Under the pieces are notes generated by a model. That model searched no databases. It saw only the letters and a program-made list of their open reading frames with translations, and had not been told where the DNA came from. 17,781 bases of DNA from Planctomycetota bacterium (GTDB lineage: Bacteria; Planctomycetota; UBA1135; UBA2386): assembly GCA_947501605.1 (NCBI GenBank), contig CANMWZ010000053.1, forward strand, positions 1 through 17,781, read 5' to 3'. Both the position numbers and the translations under genes were made by a program. The stretch's first letter is position 1. Every line of letters begins with the position of its first letter. Below are positions 1 through 10,371 of the stretch, piece by piece.

Positions 1-30
1 CTGGGCGAGACGTGGTTCGTCATGGGGTGA
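1..30 (+). CDS. Probable 3' end of an upstream gene (LGETWFVMG*), product unknown
   Basis: Frame 1 is open from the window edge to TGA at 28-30. Identity with the copy at 5507-5536 stops exactly at this TGA. Confidence 0.55.
   Translation: MGETWFVMG
1..30 (+). repeat. Direct repeat, left copy (may extend beyond the window)
   Basis: ctgggcgagacgtggttcgtcatggggtga is identical (30/30) to 5507-5536. Confidence 0.97.
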
Positions 31-338
31 ATGGGCGCATGCGTGCGCGCGGCTACTCGAGCGTTGGCTCCGGGAACGAGCGCGTCGGGCCGTGCACTTG
101 TCGTGCGAGGGAAGGTCCACGCCAGAGCTGATCGCGTGCTGGGCTCAGCGATCGACGTCGTGGGCGAGCAGCGCGGCGTTGCGAGTTGCAGTGCGTCGGC
201 CGTCAGAACCGTCGCCATGACTCTGCCGGGTCGATGAGGAGCTCTTCTTCATCTCGGAACGGCCTCTGGCATGCAGTCACTGCGGCCGAGGTCTCGCGGA
301 GGTCTGCCTCGTGACCTCGCTGCGCCGGCCCGGGGGGA

Positions 339-366
339 TTGACGAGTCTGCCAAGCCAAGTACTGT
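339..366 (+). promoter_or_regulatory. Candidate sigma70-type promoter for the 512-5261 genes
   Basis: TTGACG (339-344), 16 nt spacer, TACTGT (361-366). Overlapped by a 9-bp inverted repeat at 343-351/372-380. Confidence 0.5.
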
Positions 367-492
367 TCGCCGCAGACTCGGTAGCAGGGCAGCAAGAAGA
401 AGCACAAGCCAGAGAGTCAGCGGTCGAGGTTCGATCTCCGCGAGGAGAGGCCTCGATCGTGACGGGAACGTGGGACTCTGCTCCGAGTCAAG

Positions 493-520
493 GAACCATG
501 AACCATGAACCATGAACCAG
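493..520 (+). repeat. Heptamer tandem repeat (GAACCAT)x3 + GAACCAG spanning the start codon
   Basis: Read directly. It creates ATGs at 498, 505 and 512, one in each frame. Confidence 0.95.
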
Positions 521-2968
521 CTACCAGCCCTGCATAGAGGTTGGGCGGTTTCCGCCATGTTGTGCATCGCATCGCTGCAGGGCCTCGCGAGGGGAGGCTG
601 TGCGCAGGGGCCTACGGTGCCGACGCAGTCTAAGTACTTGACGCATGACTGGACGGAGCCCGTCGGGATCGGTGGAGAGTCTCGCGACTTCCGCGAGTTC
701 TGGGCGGATGTGAAGACATCGGGGGATGGCTTCGCCTACGCGGTGGGGACGATTGAGGTGGAGAGGACTAGCTCGCCGGCATTCTTTTCTACGGTGTCGG
801 CCTCGGACACTGTGCCGCCTGGCTTCTCGCTCACCAACCTGACCCGACAGGTTGTCATGCTGCAGAAGACCTGCGCGGTAGACGTACCCGGGGTTGGGCC
901 TGCCCAGACCATCGTCGCTCAGCGGTACTTCCACGGGGAGACTCTGAGCCTCGACCCGAACACCCGCGCCTCCAACGCACGCGGCATCTCCGTCTGGCCA
1001 GCGATGAACCCAGAAGACACCCGCGTCGTGATCTGCGGTGAGATCTACGACCAGAGCTCGCCCCAGAGCCAGGATTCAAGCGGCTTCGTGGCCGCTGCTG
1101 GCAACAACGCCACAGGCTTCATCGCCGTGTACGACGGGGACCTCAACCTGCTGTGGACTCACCACTTCTTCGGCGCGGCATCGACCGGCGTGAGTGCAGT
1201 GACCGACGTGAGTGTTCGCGTCGTCGCTGACTCGCAGGATGTCATCACCTACTGCGGGATCTCGACCTTCGGCAGTCCGGTGTCAGGCAACACTTGGCTG
1301 ACCCCCGTCCAACCCTTCTCAGCACCCACGTCAGCCTGCGGTGCTGGCTCGCGAGGCTGGGCCAACGGCAGCACGGACAACGGGGTCGGACAGTGGGATG
1401 GATTTGTGGGTCGCATCTCGCGTGACCACGCGAACACGACCGCGACCGCGATCGAGTTCCACTCGGTGGTCGGCGGTAGTCAGCAAGACGGCCTCTTTGG
1501 CCTTTCGGAGCTCGAAGAAGATCAATTTGCCGTTGTAGGCTCGAGTGTCGGGACGACGACATCCACTGGGCTGGCCTGCCCAGGAGTCTGCGTGCTCCCG
1601 ACGGATCCTCTCTACTGCGTCGGAACCGTGATGGTGTTCGATGCCTCGGGCGTCGGGGGCGGTGGTGCCCTGGTACTTCGAAGGGCAACCATGGTGGGGC
1701 AAGCGGGAGAACTGCACACGATCCTGCGCGACGTCCTCGCTCAGCCCAGGTCCAACGTCCCGAATGGAAGCAATCGAGTGGACGACACGATCATCGTGGT
1801 CGGCTCCACGGAGGACGGCGGTTTCATCGGGAATCCTGGAATCGTCCAGACACCGTTCGCAGGCCCGACCGACGGCGTCATCGGCGTGTTCGGATACTCG
1901 AGTGGGCCCTCCGGCCTGTTCCCGTACACCTTCGAGTACCAGGGCTACGCCGGAGCCAGTGGCTACACTGGCGTCAACGCGTGGAACGAGTTCATCGACC
2001 ATGCGGTGGTGACGGGGTTCCGCGAGCAGTCGGGGCTTCCGGGTACTAACGACATCGAGGTGTCGAGCTACTACTTCTTCGCGGCCAGTGCGCTGTATCC
2101 GAACCCTCCGGCCGGTGGATTCGGCCTCTTCCAGCTCACCCAATGTCTGCTCTCTGGCAGCGACGACGATCGTCCGACTGCGATGGGAGTGCAAGAAGTG
2201 ACACTGGGTGGGGCAAGTCCGCCGCTGCAGACCTTCACTATGGGCAACCACGCAGGTGGCGGTGTAGCACAGGACAGCACGGGCCGGGTGCAGGCAGTGG
2301 GAACAACCAGAAGCACCGACTTCCCGACACTCGGCACCGTGAGCATTCTGGCGCGACCGCGCTCGACAACCTTGCCGACGCCGGGGCTCCCGACCATCGA
2401 AGATGGTGTTCGCATGGTTCTCGACCTCCTTCCTGACAATGTCGGGAGGACCGATGGCACGGGAGCGGCCCCCAGCCTTGCGGGCTTGAGCTTCCCGCTT
2501 CCGGGCACGAACGGGGGTACCACGCCGCCCTGCGACATCGCGCCATTCGGGATCCAGATCGGCGTGACTCCTCCCAATCAGCGACGTCTGCTGATCGACT
2601 ACGACGGCCCCCCGCCGGCAGGCGGAGTTACAGCCGGGATCGTGGTATCGCGAACGCCGCCGACGGCGGGGTTCACCTTCGCGGCCCTGCAGATCAGCTT
2701 CCCCGGGACCCCAGGTTCGTTCCTGCCATCGCTCATCAACAGCGCCGAGGTCTGGGTGCCTCTTCCGGCGGCCGTCTTCACTTACACCTCGATTCCGAAC
2801 ACTACGTTCCACGAGGTGCTGTTCCTGCCTAGTGGGCCAGCCCAGTTCACCCTGCAGATCGCATTCCTCCTGAGCACCCCGGTCACGGGAGGCAATCCTG
2901 AGTGGGGTGTGCTCTGTGGCGGGACGGAGTACGTCGTAGCCAGCCCGGCATTGTTCCTCGACTATTGA
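512..2968 (+). CDS. Secreted beta-rich protein, 818 aa, with degenerate SBBP/beta-propeller-like motifs
   Basis: Long ORF with a hydrophobic N-terminus (WAVSAMLCIASL). Gly/Thr/Pro-rich. Motifs AVGTTRSTDFPT, GGSQQD, SGSDDDRP, DGFVGRI and LLWTHHF resemble SBBP-type repeats. Confidence 0.8.
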   Translation: MNQLPALHRGWAVSAMLCIASLQGLARGGCAQGPTVPTQSKYLTHDWTEPVGIGGESRDFREFWADVKTSGDGFAYAVGTIEVERTSSPAFFSTVSASDTVPPGFSLTNLTRQVVMLQKTCAVDVPGVGPAQTIVAQRYFHGETLSLDPNTRASNARGISVWPAMNPEDTRVVICGEIYDQSSPQSQDSSGFVAAAGNNATGFIAVYDGDLNLLWTHHFFGAASTGVSAVTDVSVRVVADSQDVITYCGISTFGSPVSGNTWLTPVQPFSAPTSACGAGSRGWANGSTDNGVGQWDGFVGRISRDHANTTATAIEFHSVVGGSQQDGLFGLSELEEDQFAVVGSSVGTTTSTGLACPGVCVLPTDPLYCVGTVMVFDASGVGGGGALVLRRATMVGQAGELHTILRDVLAQPRSNVPNGSNRVDDTIIVVGSTEDGGFIGNPGIVQTPFAGPTDGVIGVFGYSSGPSGLFPYTFEYQGYAGASGYTGVNAWNEFIDHAVVTGFREQSGLPGTNDIEVSSYYFFAASALYPNPPAGGFGLFQLTQCLLSGSDDDRPTAMGVQEVTLGGASPPLQTFTMGNHAGGGVAQDSTGRVQAVGTTRSTDFPTLGTVSILARPRSTTLPTPGLPTIEDGVRMVLDLLPDNVGRTDGTGAAPSLAGLSFPLPGTNGGTTPPCDIAPFGIQIGVTPPNQRRLLIDYDGPPPAGGVTAGIVVSRTPPTAGFTFAALQISFPGTPGSFLPSLINSAEVWVPLPAAVFTYTSIPNTTFHEVLFLPSGPAQFTLQIAFLLSTPVTGGNPEWGVLCGGTEYVVASPALFLDY

Positions 2969-2984
2969 GATCCTCCTCAAGATC

Positions 2985-3010
2985 GCGCCTCTCGCGCGAG
3001 CGAGAGGCGC
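2985..3010 (+). terminator. Intergenic hairpin (terminator or mRNA stabiliser; no U-tract)
   Basis: Perfect 11-bp stem gcgcctctcgc/gcgagaggcgc with a GCGA tetraloop, 16 nt after the stop codon. Confidence 0.55.
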
Positions 3011-3044
3011 CATAGGTGGTTGGTATCCACCAAGACAAGGCATC

Positions 3045-5261
3045 ATGAGCAAGCGAAACTCCCAAGACTTCCAAACCCTCCTCGTAAGCGGGCTCGCAGC
3101 GATTATCTTGGCCACATCCGGCTTGGTGGGCCAGTCTGCGGTGCGGAGTTGGGGTGGGCAATGGAGTGACACGGATGCCCGCGAGGGGGCTTTCATTCAT
3201 GTCGACGCATCGACCTACAGTTCTGCTGTCGTTCGCGAAGACGGGCGTATCATAACTTATGGTGCAGTCACGGCATTCTGGGGGGAGAGCTTTTCCCTTC
3301 CAGCAGGCCTGCGCTATCAGAAGGTTGCAATGGGGCAGTATTTCACACTCGGCCTCTTGTCAGACGGAACGGTAGCGGCGGTTGGGCGACTCGACTTCGC
3401 CGGCACCCCCGTCGTGGTGCCTGCTTTACCCCCCGGGGTTCGTTACGTAGACATCGAGGTGAGTCTTGTGCATGCGCTGCTCCTTCGTTCCGATGGGGCC
3501 GTTGTAGGGTTTGGGCTGAACAATCATGGGCAGTTGACGTTCCCCACCATACCACCGGGAACACAGTCTATCGCCCTAGCCACAGGGTCTGGGCACTCGG
3601 CGCTCCTGCTCCGCGACGGATCAGTGTTGGCATTTGGCTCGAACTCTTACGGTCAGTGCAATGTGCCACCATTGCCTCCTGGTCTATCTTACGTTCAGAT
3701 TTCTGCATACTCCGACACAACCGCCGCGGTACGCTCCGATGGTGCTTTGCTAGTTTGGGGGAGCAACTCCTTCGGGCAATGCAACGTCCCACCGGGTTCC
3801 TATGAGCGAGTTGCCGTAGGGGGGACACATACGGTCGCGTGGCGCACGGACGGTTCATTCATTGCGTGCGGCGACAACTACTTTGGCCAGCTCAATAGCC
3901 CCAGTGTCGGTGCAGGAGTAATGTGCAAACGCATCGCCTGTGGATCCCAACATACCATCGCTCTGATGTCCGACGGATCTGTCCTATCTTGGGGCAACGA
4001 TGTGTGGCAACAGGTCTCAGTTCCAGTTCCTCCTCCCGACCCCATCACTGGTGCGAGGGCGCGATTCGTGTCTGCCGCCTCCGGCGGAATCTACAGCGCA
4101 TGCATCCTCTCCGACGGAACCCTGCGCATTTGGGGAGACCCCTACCTTTCTTCGCTTCCATTGCCGTTCGTGAACCAGAACTTCAAGCGCATCGAGCTCG
4201 GTTACGGAATGGCTTCTGCTCTGCGTGGTGACGGAACTCTCGTCTCCTGGGGGGGGGCTGGATCGGGCAGTCGAACGGCGGTGCCTCCGTTGCCGCCGGG
4301 GATGACCTACATCGACTTCGACGACTGCACACACCACACCGTCGCCATTCGGTCCGATGGGAACGTGGTTCGGTACGGTAACTTCTACAATCCGATTCCT
4401 CCGCTTCCCCCTGGCCAACGGTATGTCGCTGCGGATGCCGAGCAGCTCGGCGTCATTCTCCTGCGGTCCGACGGGACGGTACACTGCGTAACGTGCGGTT
4501 CCGCCAGCACGAACATTCCGCCTGCTGGTCCAGGACTTCAGTACGTGAAGGTGGCTCTGGCGAACGGGTTCGCAGCGGCGATCCGTTCCGACGGGACGCT
4601 TGCGCTGTGGGGCGGCGTTACTGCGACGCCCTGGGTTGATTCCTCCGTCTGGCGTGCCCTGCCTCCGCTCCCACCGGGTGTAGTCTATGTGGAGATCAGC
4701 GGCGGCGACAGCCACATGGCGGCCCGTCGTTCTGACGGAGAGGTCGTCGTGGGAGGTCGGACCACGGCCTACTTGGAGCACATGGTGCCTCCGCTTCAGC
4801 CCGGGACGTCCTACGTGGAAGTGGACGGCGGAGACAGAGCCGTGGTAGGCCGCGTCGGCCCGACCAGCACCTACATCTCCTTCTACCCCGGCTGCGGCGG
4901 CAGCCGGCCTGCCGCTCGCCTAGTCCCGGCCGACACGCCCCGGATCGGCGCGACTATTGAAGTTCGCATCTTCGACCTACCCAACGACCTCGCCTTCGTT
5001 GCTCTCGGTTTCACCCGCACGGCCCCCGTTGCCCTGGACTTCGCCGGCATGCCCGGTTGCACAGCGCACATCACCGCCGACGCCATCGACTTCGCCATCG
5101 GCCAGACCGGCAATGCCACGGTTTCGGTGGCGATCCCGAACCGCCAATCCCTGGTGGGGCTGCACTTCTTCCATCAAGCACTTGTCCTCGACCCCGCTGC
5201 CGGCAATGTCGCAGGAGCGGTGGTTTCCGCCGCTGCTGAGGCGGTCATCGGACATTGGTAA
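3045..5261 (+). CDS. Secreted RCC1/BLIP-II-repeat beta-propeller protein, 738 aa, with a distinct C-terminal domain of about 125 aa
   Basis: Signal-peptide-like N-terminus. About 13 repeats of VPPLPPGxxYVxIxxGxxHxxAxRSDGxVxxWGxNxxGQ. Non-repeat C-terminus from about 4881. Confidence 0.92.
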   Translation: MSKRNSQDFQTLLVSGLAAIILATSGLVGQSAVRSWGGQWSDTDAREGAFIHVDASTYSSAVVREDGRIITYGAVTAFWGESFSLPAGLRYQKVAMGQYFTLGLLSDGTVAAVGRLDFAGTPVVVPALPPGVRYVDIEVSLVHALLLRSDGAVVGFGLNNHGQLTFPTIPPGTQSIALATGSGHSALLLRDGSVLAFGSNSYGQCNVPPLPPGLSYVQISAYSDTTAAVRSDGALLVWGSNSFGQCNVPPGSYERVAVGGTHTVAWRTDGSFIACGDNYFGQLNSPSVGAGVMCKRIACGSQHTIALMSDGSVLSWGNDVWQQVSVPVPPPDPITGARARFVSAASGGIYSACILSDGTLRIWGDPYLSSLPLPFVNQNFKRIELGYGMASALRGDGTLVSWGGAGSGSRTAVPPLPPGMTYIDFDDCTHHTVAIRSDGNVVRYGNFYNPIPPLPPGQRYVAADAEQLGVILLRSDGTVHCVTCGSASTNIPPAGPGLQYVKVALANGFAAAIRSDGTLALWGGVTATPWVDSSVWRALPPLPPGVVYVEISGGDSHMAARRSDGEVVVGGRTTAYLEHMVPPLQPGTSYVEVDGGDRAVVGRVGPTSTYISFYPGCGGSRPAARLVPADTPRIGATIEVRIFDLPNDLAFVALGFTRTAPVALDFAGMPGCTAHITADAIDFAIGQTGNATVSVAIPNRQSLVGLHFFHQALVLDPAAGNVAGAVVSAAAEAVIGHW

Positions 5262-5506
5262 CCCGAGACGAGGGGCGCTTGACCGCCCGCAACCTCGGCG
5301 ACCGATAGTATGGGTGGCATGGGTGCCATGCGTTGCCAGGCACAACATCGCCGCGAGCCCTGGACTGGCCATGGACCCCCGACTCCTTCCATCGCTCTGA
5401 AGCGACCCGTCGCACATCCTCAAATGTTCGCGAGGAGGCGGTGCCCGGTGTCGCACGCGAGCGATGGAGTGCGGACTCACTCAGGGCGGCGTATCTCGCG
5501 GACTGT

Positions 5507-5536
5507 CTGGGCGAGACGTGGTTCGTCATGGGGTGA
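5507..5536 (+). repeat. Direct repeat, right copy; likely displaced 3' remnant of the upstream gene
   Basis: Identical to 1-30. The frame reads ...LRAAYLADCLGETWFVMG* with no convincing gene start upstream. Confidence 0.93.
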
Positions 5537-5622
5537 CGACGAGTCCGACCCCGTGACCACCGCGCGATCCCCCGCGCACCCCGCGATGGACCCATCCCGC
5601 CGCAGTCCGTAGCCTCCCCCGC

Positions 5623-6348
5623 GTGACCTTCCTCACCACGCGCTGGAGCCTCGTCTTCCGAGCCACCAGTGCGTCCGAGTCCGGTCGCGCAGCTCTCGCC
5701 GAGTTGTGCCAGTGCTACTGGCCCGCGGTCCACGCGTTCTACCGCCGCGCTGTGCGCGAGCCCGATGAGGCCCTCGACCTCACGCAAGGTCTGTTCGCGC
5801 GCATCCTCGAACGCAACGACTTCGCCGCCGTGACGCAGGAGCGCGGCCGCTTTCGCAACTGGCTCTGCGCGTGTGCCCGCCATCACCTCGCCGACGTGCG
5901 CGCCGCTGCTTCGACCCAGAAGCGCGGCGGTGCGGTGTCCACCCTCGCCATCGACGCCGCTGCCGAGGACGACCGCGAACGCCATGAGCCGATCGACCCA
6001 CAGGCGACGCCCGAAGAAGCCTTCGCCCAGCGGTTCGTCGCGGCGTTGATCGACCGCGCCATCGCGCGCGTCGGTGACGAATGGGAACGCCGCGGCCGCG
6101 GTCGGGTGTTCGCCATGGCGCGCGCGTGCCTCGACGGCGAACCGGCCGAACCCTACGCCGCGATCGCCGAGCGCCTGGGCACCAGCGAAGGTGCCTTCAA
6201 GGTCGCCGTGCACCGGTTGCGCGACCGCGTGCGCGAAGTGTTGCTGGACGAAGTTCGCCAGACCGTCGACGACCCGGCGGTCACCGGGGACGAGGTCGCG
6301 TTCCTGCTGCGCCTTGCCGGGCAGCGGAAAGTTCCACGTTCGCGGTAA
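5623..6348 (+). CDS. ECF RNA polymerase sigma factor, kinase-associated type (241 aa)
   Basis: N-terminal FLTTRWSLV. Sigma2 motifs ALAELCQCYW, EALDLTQG, RGRFRNWL. Sigma4 HTH YAAIAERLGTSEGAFKVAVHRLR. GTG start is uncertain. Confidence 0.92.
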   Translation: MTFLTTRWSLVFRATSASESGRAALAELCQCYWPAVHAFYRRAVREPDEALDLTQGLFARILERNDFAAVTQERGRFRNWLCACARHHLADVRAAASTQKRGGAVSTLAIDAAAEDDRERHEPIDPQATPEEAFAQRFVAALIDRAIARVGDEWERRGRGRVFAMARACLDGEPAEPYAAIAERLGTSEGAFKVAVHRLRDRVREVLLDEVRQTVDDPAVTGDEVAFLLRLAGQRKVPRSR

Positions 6349-6379
6349 CCTCGGCCGCCACTTCGCCGCACGGAGGAGC

Positions 6380-7825
<1,446 letters not shown>

Positions 7826-7834
7826 GCGCAGGCT

Positions 7835-7865
7835 TCGCTCCGCGCGCGTGGACGACGCGGAGCGA
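7835..7865. terminator. Hairpin between the convergent kinase and DUF6288-type genes
   Basis: 10-bp stem tcgctccgcg/cgcggagcga with an 11-nt loop; no U-tract. Confidence 0.5.
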
Positions 7866-7882
7866 GCTGTGAGAGCGTTCAC

Positions 7883-10318
7883 TCAACGCCGCGGCAGCTT
7901 GACGAGCTCGGGGCCGTCCTTCGCCTGCTCGATCGTCGCGATCGCCTCGCGCACGCACTTCGCCTTCTGCTTCATCAACTCGCGCGGGAAGTCGGGCTCG
8001 TCCTTCTCGAAGTAGTCCGCGAGCTGCCGCAGTTCGGGCAGCACGACCTTTGCCCGCACGCCGTAGCTGCAGAGGATCTCCATGAGCTCGGGCGTGCGCT
8101 TCTGGCTGTCCCACGGGTTCTGATCGCGCGCGTAGTCCACGCAGGCGCGAATGCCCTCCTCAATGTGGTTCTTAGCAAGCACGCGCAGACCCTCGACGCG
8201 GATGCCGTCGGCGAACATCTCGCCGCTCGGCGCCGGTTCGACCACGGCCTCGTGGATCGCCGGCAGCAGCGGCACGATCGCCGTCGCCGACAGGTTGCGA
8301 TACACCGAGCCGAGGCTGCTGCGGGCGCGCCCGTCCTGATTGCGGAGGCCGGCGCGCACCGCGGCGAAGAGCGCGTTCTCGTCGACGTCCTCGAGCGAGC
8401 GGCTCAGAAGGCCCGAGAACCCGCGATCGAACAGCGCGAACGTGAGATAGCGCTGCTGCATGCCGCGCGGGTCGCGTTCGGTATCGACCTGGGCCAGCAA
8501 GGTCAGCAGCTCGGGCAGGGCTTCGCGCGCCGGTGCCCCGATCTGGGCGAGCGCTTCGGCGGCCTTGATGCGCAACCAGAGATCGTCGTGCGTGAGCGTC
8601 TTGCGCAGGGCGGGCACTGCGGGCGCGGCGCGACCGCGCAGGGCCGCGAGTGCTTGGCACGCGCCGAGTCGGGTCGAAAGGTCCGTCGCGTCGAGCCACT
8701 CGACGAGGCGCGGAACGACCGGTTGCTGTGGTTCCGGGGCCTTCCTGCGCGCGATCGCCAGGGCCGCGCGTTCGCGGACCACGGGCGACCAGCTGCGAAG
8801 GCGCTCGAGCAGGGCCTCGTCGGCGAGCTGGTCGTAGGCGCTGTTGCGGTCCTTGTTGTCCCAGCCGCGGCCGTCGGCGACGACGGCTTCGGCGGGCTCT
8901 TTTGACAGCTGCGGGACGGTGCTCGCGCGCTTGCCGGTCAGCACCAGGCTGCGCCGCGGCGTCGCGAGGGCCAACAGGTAGGCCCCGGTCGCGTCCCAGT
9001 CGGCATAGCTGTCGTCGTCGCGTTCGGGCGGCCCCTGGTGCGCGAACGTGCCGTCGAAGCGCCGCGCGAGGTCGAAGTACCAGCCGCCGAACTCGCGCAT
9101 CCACGCACCGGTCGCGTGCGGACCCGAGCGCGACACGCCGGGCACGGCCCAGAGCACGTTGAAGTAGTTGCCCGTGTGGCCCGTGTCGCGTTCGGAGCCG
9201 TGCGCGGCGAGGCTCATGCGCGAGAAGAACTCGGCCGCGTCGCGTTCGTGAAGGAGATCGAACAGCACCGCGGCCATGCCGCACTTGCCGTTGTCCTCGT
9301 GCGTCTCGATCCACGGATGGTGGTCGCCGTAGGGCACTGCGCCCTTGCCGACGTAGAACCGCAGGAGGCGCGCGCTGCGTTCGATCGCGAGGTCGATGGC
9401 CGGATCGCGCACGCCGGCCTCGCGCGCGAGCACGAGCGCGATCGTCAGAGGGATGCCCGGCGCGTTCATCATGCCGTAGCCGCCTAGGCGACCGTCGGGA
9501 CGCGCGAAGCCGTGGCCCCAGGACCCGACGGCGCTCTGGCCCTTCGCGGCCTCGAGCGCAAGACGCGCGAGGCCGGGCGCGATCGATGCGTCACCGGTCG
9601 CGAGCGCGTACTCGGCGAGGAAGATCATCACGTAGCCGTAGTGCCACGTCTGCATCGAGTCCGAGGCGTAGTCCGCGGCCCAACGGGCCTCGCGCGCGAG
9701 CAGCGGGCGGTGCGCTTCGTCGCCGTTCGCGAGCAGTGCGAGAGCCGCGAGGGATCGCGGAATGGCATCGAGGCCGCGGCCGTAGCCGGGGGCGGCCATG
9801 CGTTCGGCGAGGGCGGCAGAGCCGCGCGCGAGCAGGAGCTTGGACTTCGCGCAGTCGAAGGGGGCCGTCGCGCCGTAGCCGCCGAGCACGGGCAGTTCGA
9901 CGACGACCTCGGACTCGGTGCCGGCGCGCCAGCGCTGCAGGCGGAGTTTGCCTGCGCCCGCCTCGGACTCGGCAGCCGTGATCGCGCGGCCGAGCTCGGT
10001 GCGCGGATCGCTCGTGAAGCGCGCGCCGCCGGCGCCGAGCAGCACGTCACCGGTGGCGAGCAGGCCGAAGGATGGGGAACCCTTCGCGACCTCGGTGACG
10101 GCGATCTGGCGCGCGTCGGTCGTCACCATGCGATCGCAGAACATCCAGCCGCGCGCGCCCGTCGGGCCGAGGTTCCAGTCGTGCTCCGACGACGCGGGGA
10201 CGGCATCTCCCTTCGTGAGGTCGGGGACCAGCACGGGCTTCTGGTCCTGGCCTTTGAGTGCCACGGCCGAGCCGAGGGCGAGCAGCAACGCAGGAAGTAC
10301 GCGACACGGGAACGCCAT
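7883..10318 (-). CDS. Secreted DUF6288-type protein: PDZ-like segment, alpha-helical barrel, C-terminal HEAT repeats (811 aa)
   Basis: Signal peptide from ATG 10318 (MAFPCRVLPALLLALGSAVA). WNLGPTGARGW motif, PDZ-like VTEVAKGSPS..LATGDVLL, QSAVGSWG, HEAT repeats such as LRIKAAEALAQIGAPAREALPEL. Alternative GTG starts at 10375/10378. Confidence 0.85.
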   Translation of the reverse strand: MAFPCRVLPALLLALGSAVALKGQDQKPVLVPDLTKGDAVPASSEHDWNLGPTGARGWMFCDRMVTTDARQIAVTEVAKGSPSFGLLATGDVLLGAGGARFTSDPRTELGRAITAAESEAGAGKLRLQRWRAGTESEVVVELPVLGGYGATAPFDCAKSKLLLARGSAALAERMAAPGYGRGLDAIPRSLAALALLANGDEAHRPLLAREARWAADYASDSMQTWHYGYVMIFLAEYALATGDASIAPGLARLALEAAKGQSAVGSWGHGFARPDGRLGGYGMMNAPGIPLTIALVLAREAGVRDPAIDLAIERSARLLRFYVGKGAVPYGDHHPWIETHEDNGKCGMAAVLFDLLHERDAAEFFSRMSLAAHGSERDTGHTGNYFNVLWAVPGVSRSGPHATGAWMREFGGWYFDLARRFDGTFAHQGPPERDDDSYADWDATGAYLLALATPRRSLVLTGKRASTVPQLSKEPAEAVVADGRGWDNKDRNSAYDQLADEALLERLRSWSPVVRERAALAIARRKAPEPQQPVVPRLVEWLDATDLSTRLGACQALAALRGRAAPAVPALRKTLTHDDLWLRIKAAEALAQIGAPAREALPELLTLLAQVDTERDPRGMQQRYLTFALFDRGFSGLLSRSLEDVDENALFAAVRAGLRNQDGRARSSLGSVYRNLSATAIVPLLPAIHEAVVEPAPSGEMFADGIRVEGLRVLAKNHIEEGIRACVDYARDQNPWDSQKRTPELMEILCSYGVRAKVVLPELRQLADYFEKDEPDFPRELMKQKAKCVREAIATIEQAKDGPELVKLPRR

Positions 10319-10371
10319 CGACGCAGGGTGGGAGTCCGCGTTCGCAGATGCAAGCACAGGTCGGCGCGCGT

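Noticed and set aside
31..508. Short ORFs 31-237, 277-567 and 311-508
   Set aside because: No motifs, and the latter two overlap the promoter and leader of the 818-aa gene.
5255..5300. Integron attC site after the RCC1 gene (TAAC plus an imperfect hairpin)
   Set aside because: No matching GTTRRRY core, no similar site after other genes, and the genes are not arranged as a co-oriented cassette array.
5279..5311. Sigma70 promoter TTGACC...TAGTAT
   Set aside because: The 21-nt spacer is too long.
5310..5612. ORFs 5310-5612 and 5333-5536 as intact genes
   Set aside because: No recognisable motifs or convincing starts. Only the tail of 5333-5536 is supported, and only as a duplicated remnant.
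6074..6379. Upstream extensions in the ORF track (kinase from 6074; also starts 11416, 12346, 17558)
   Set aside because: They overlap neighbouring genes or promoters. Downstream ATGs give better SD context or family-typical N-termini.
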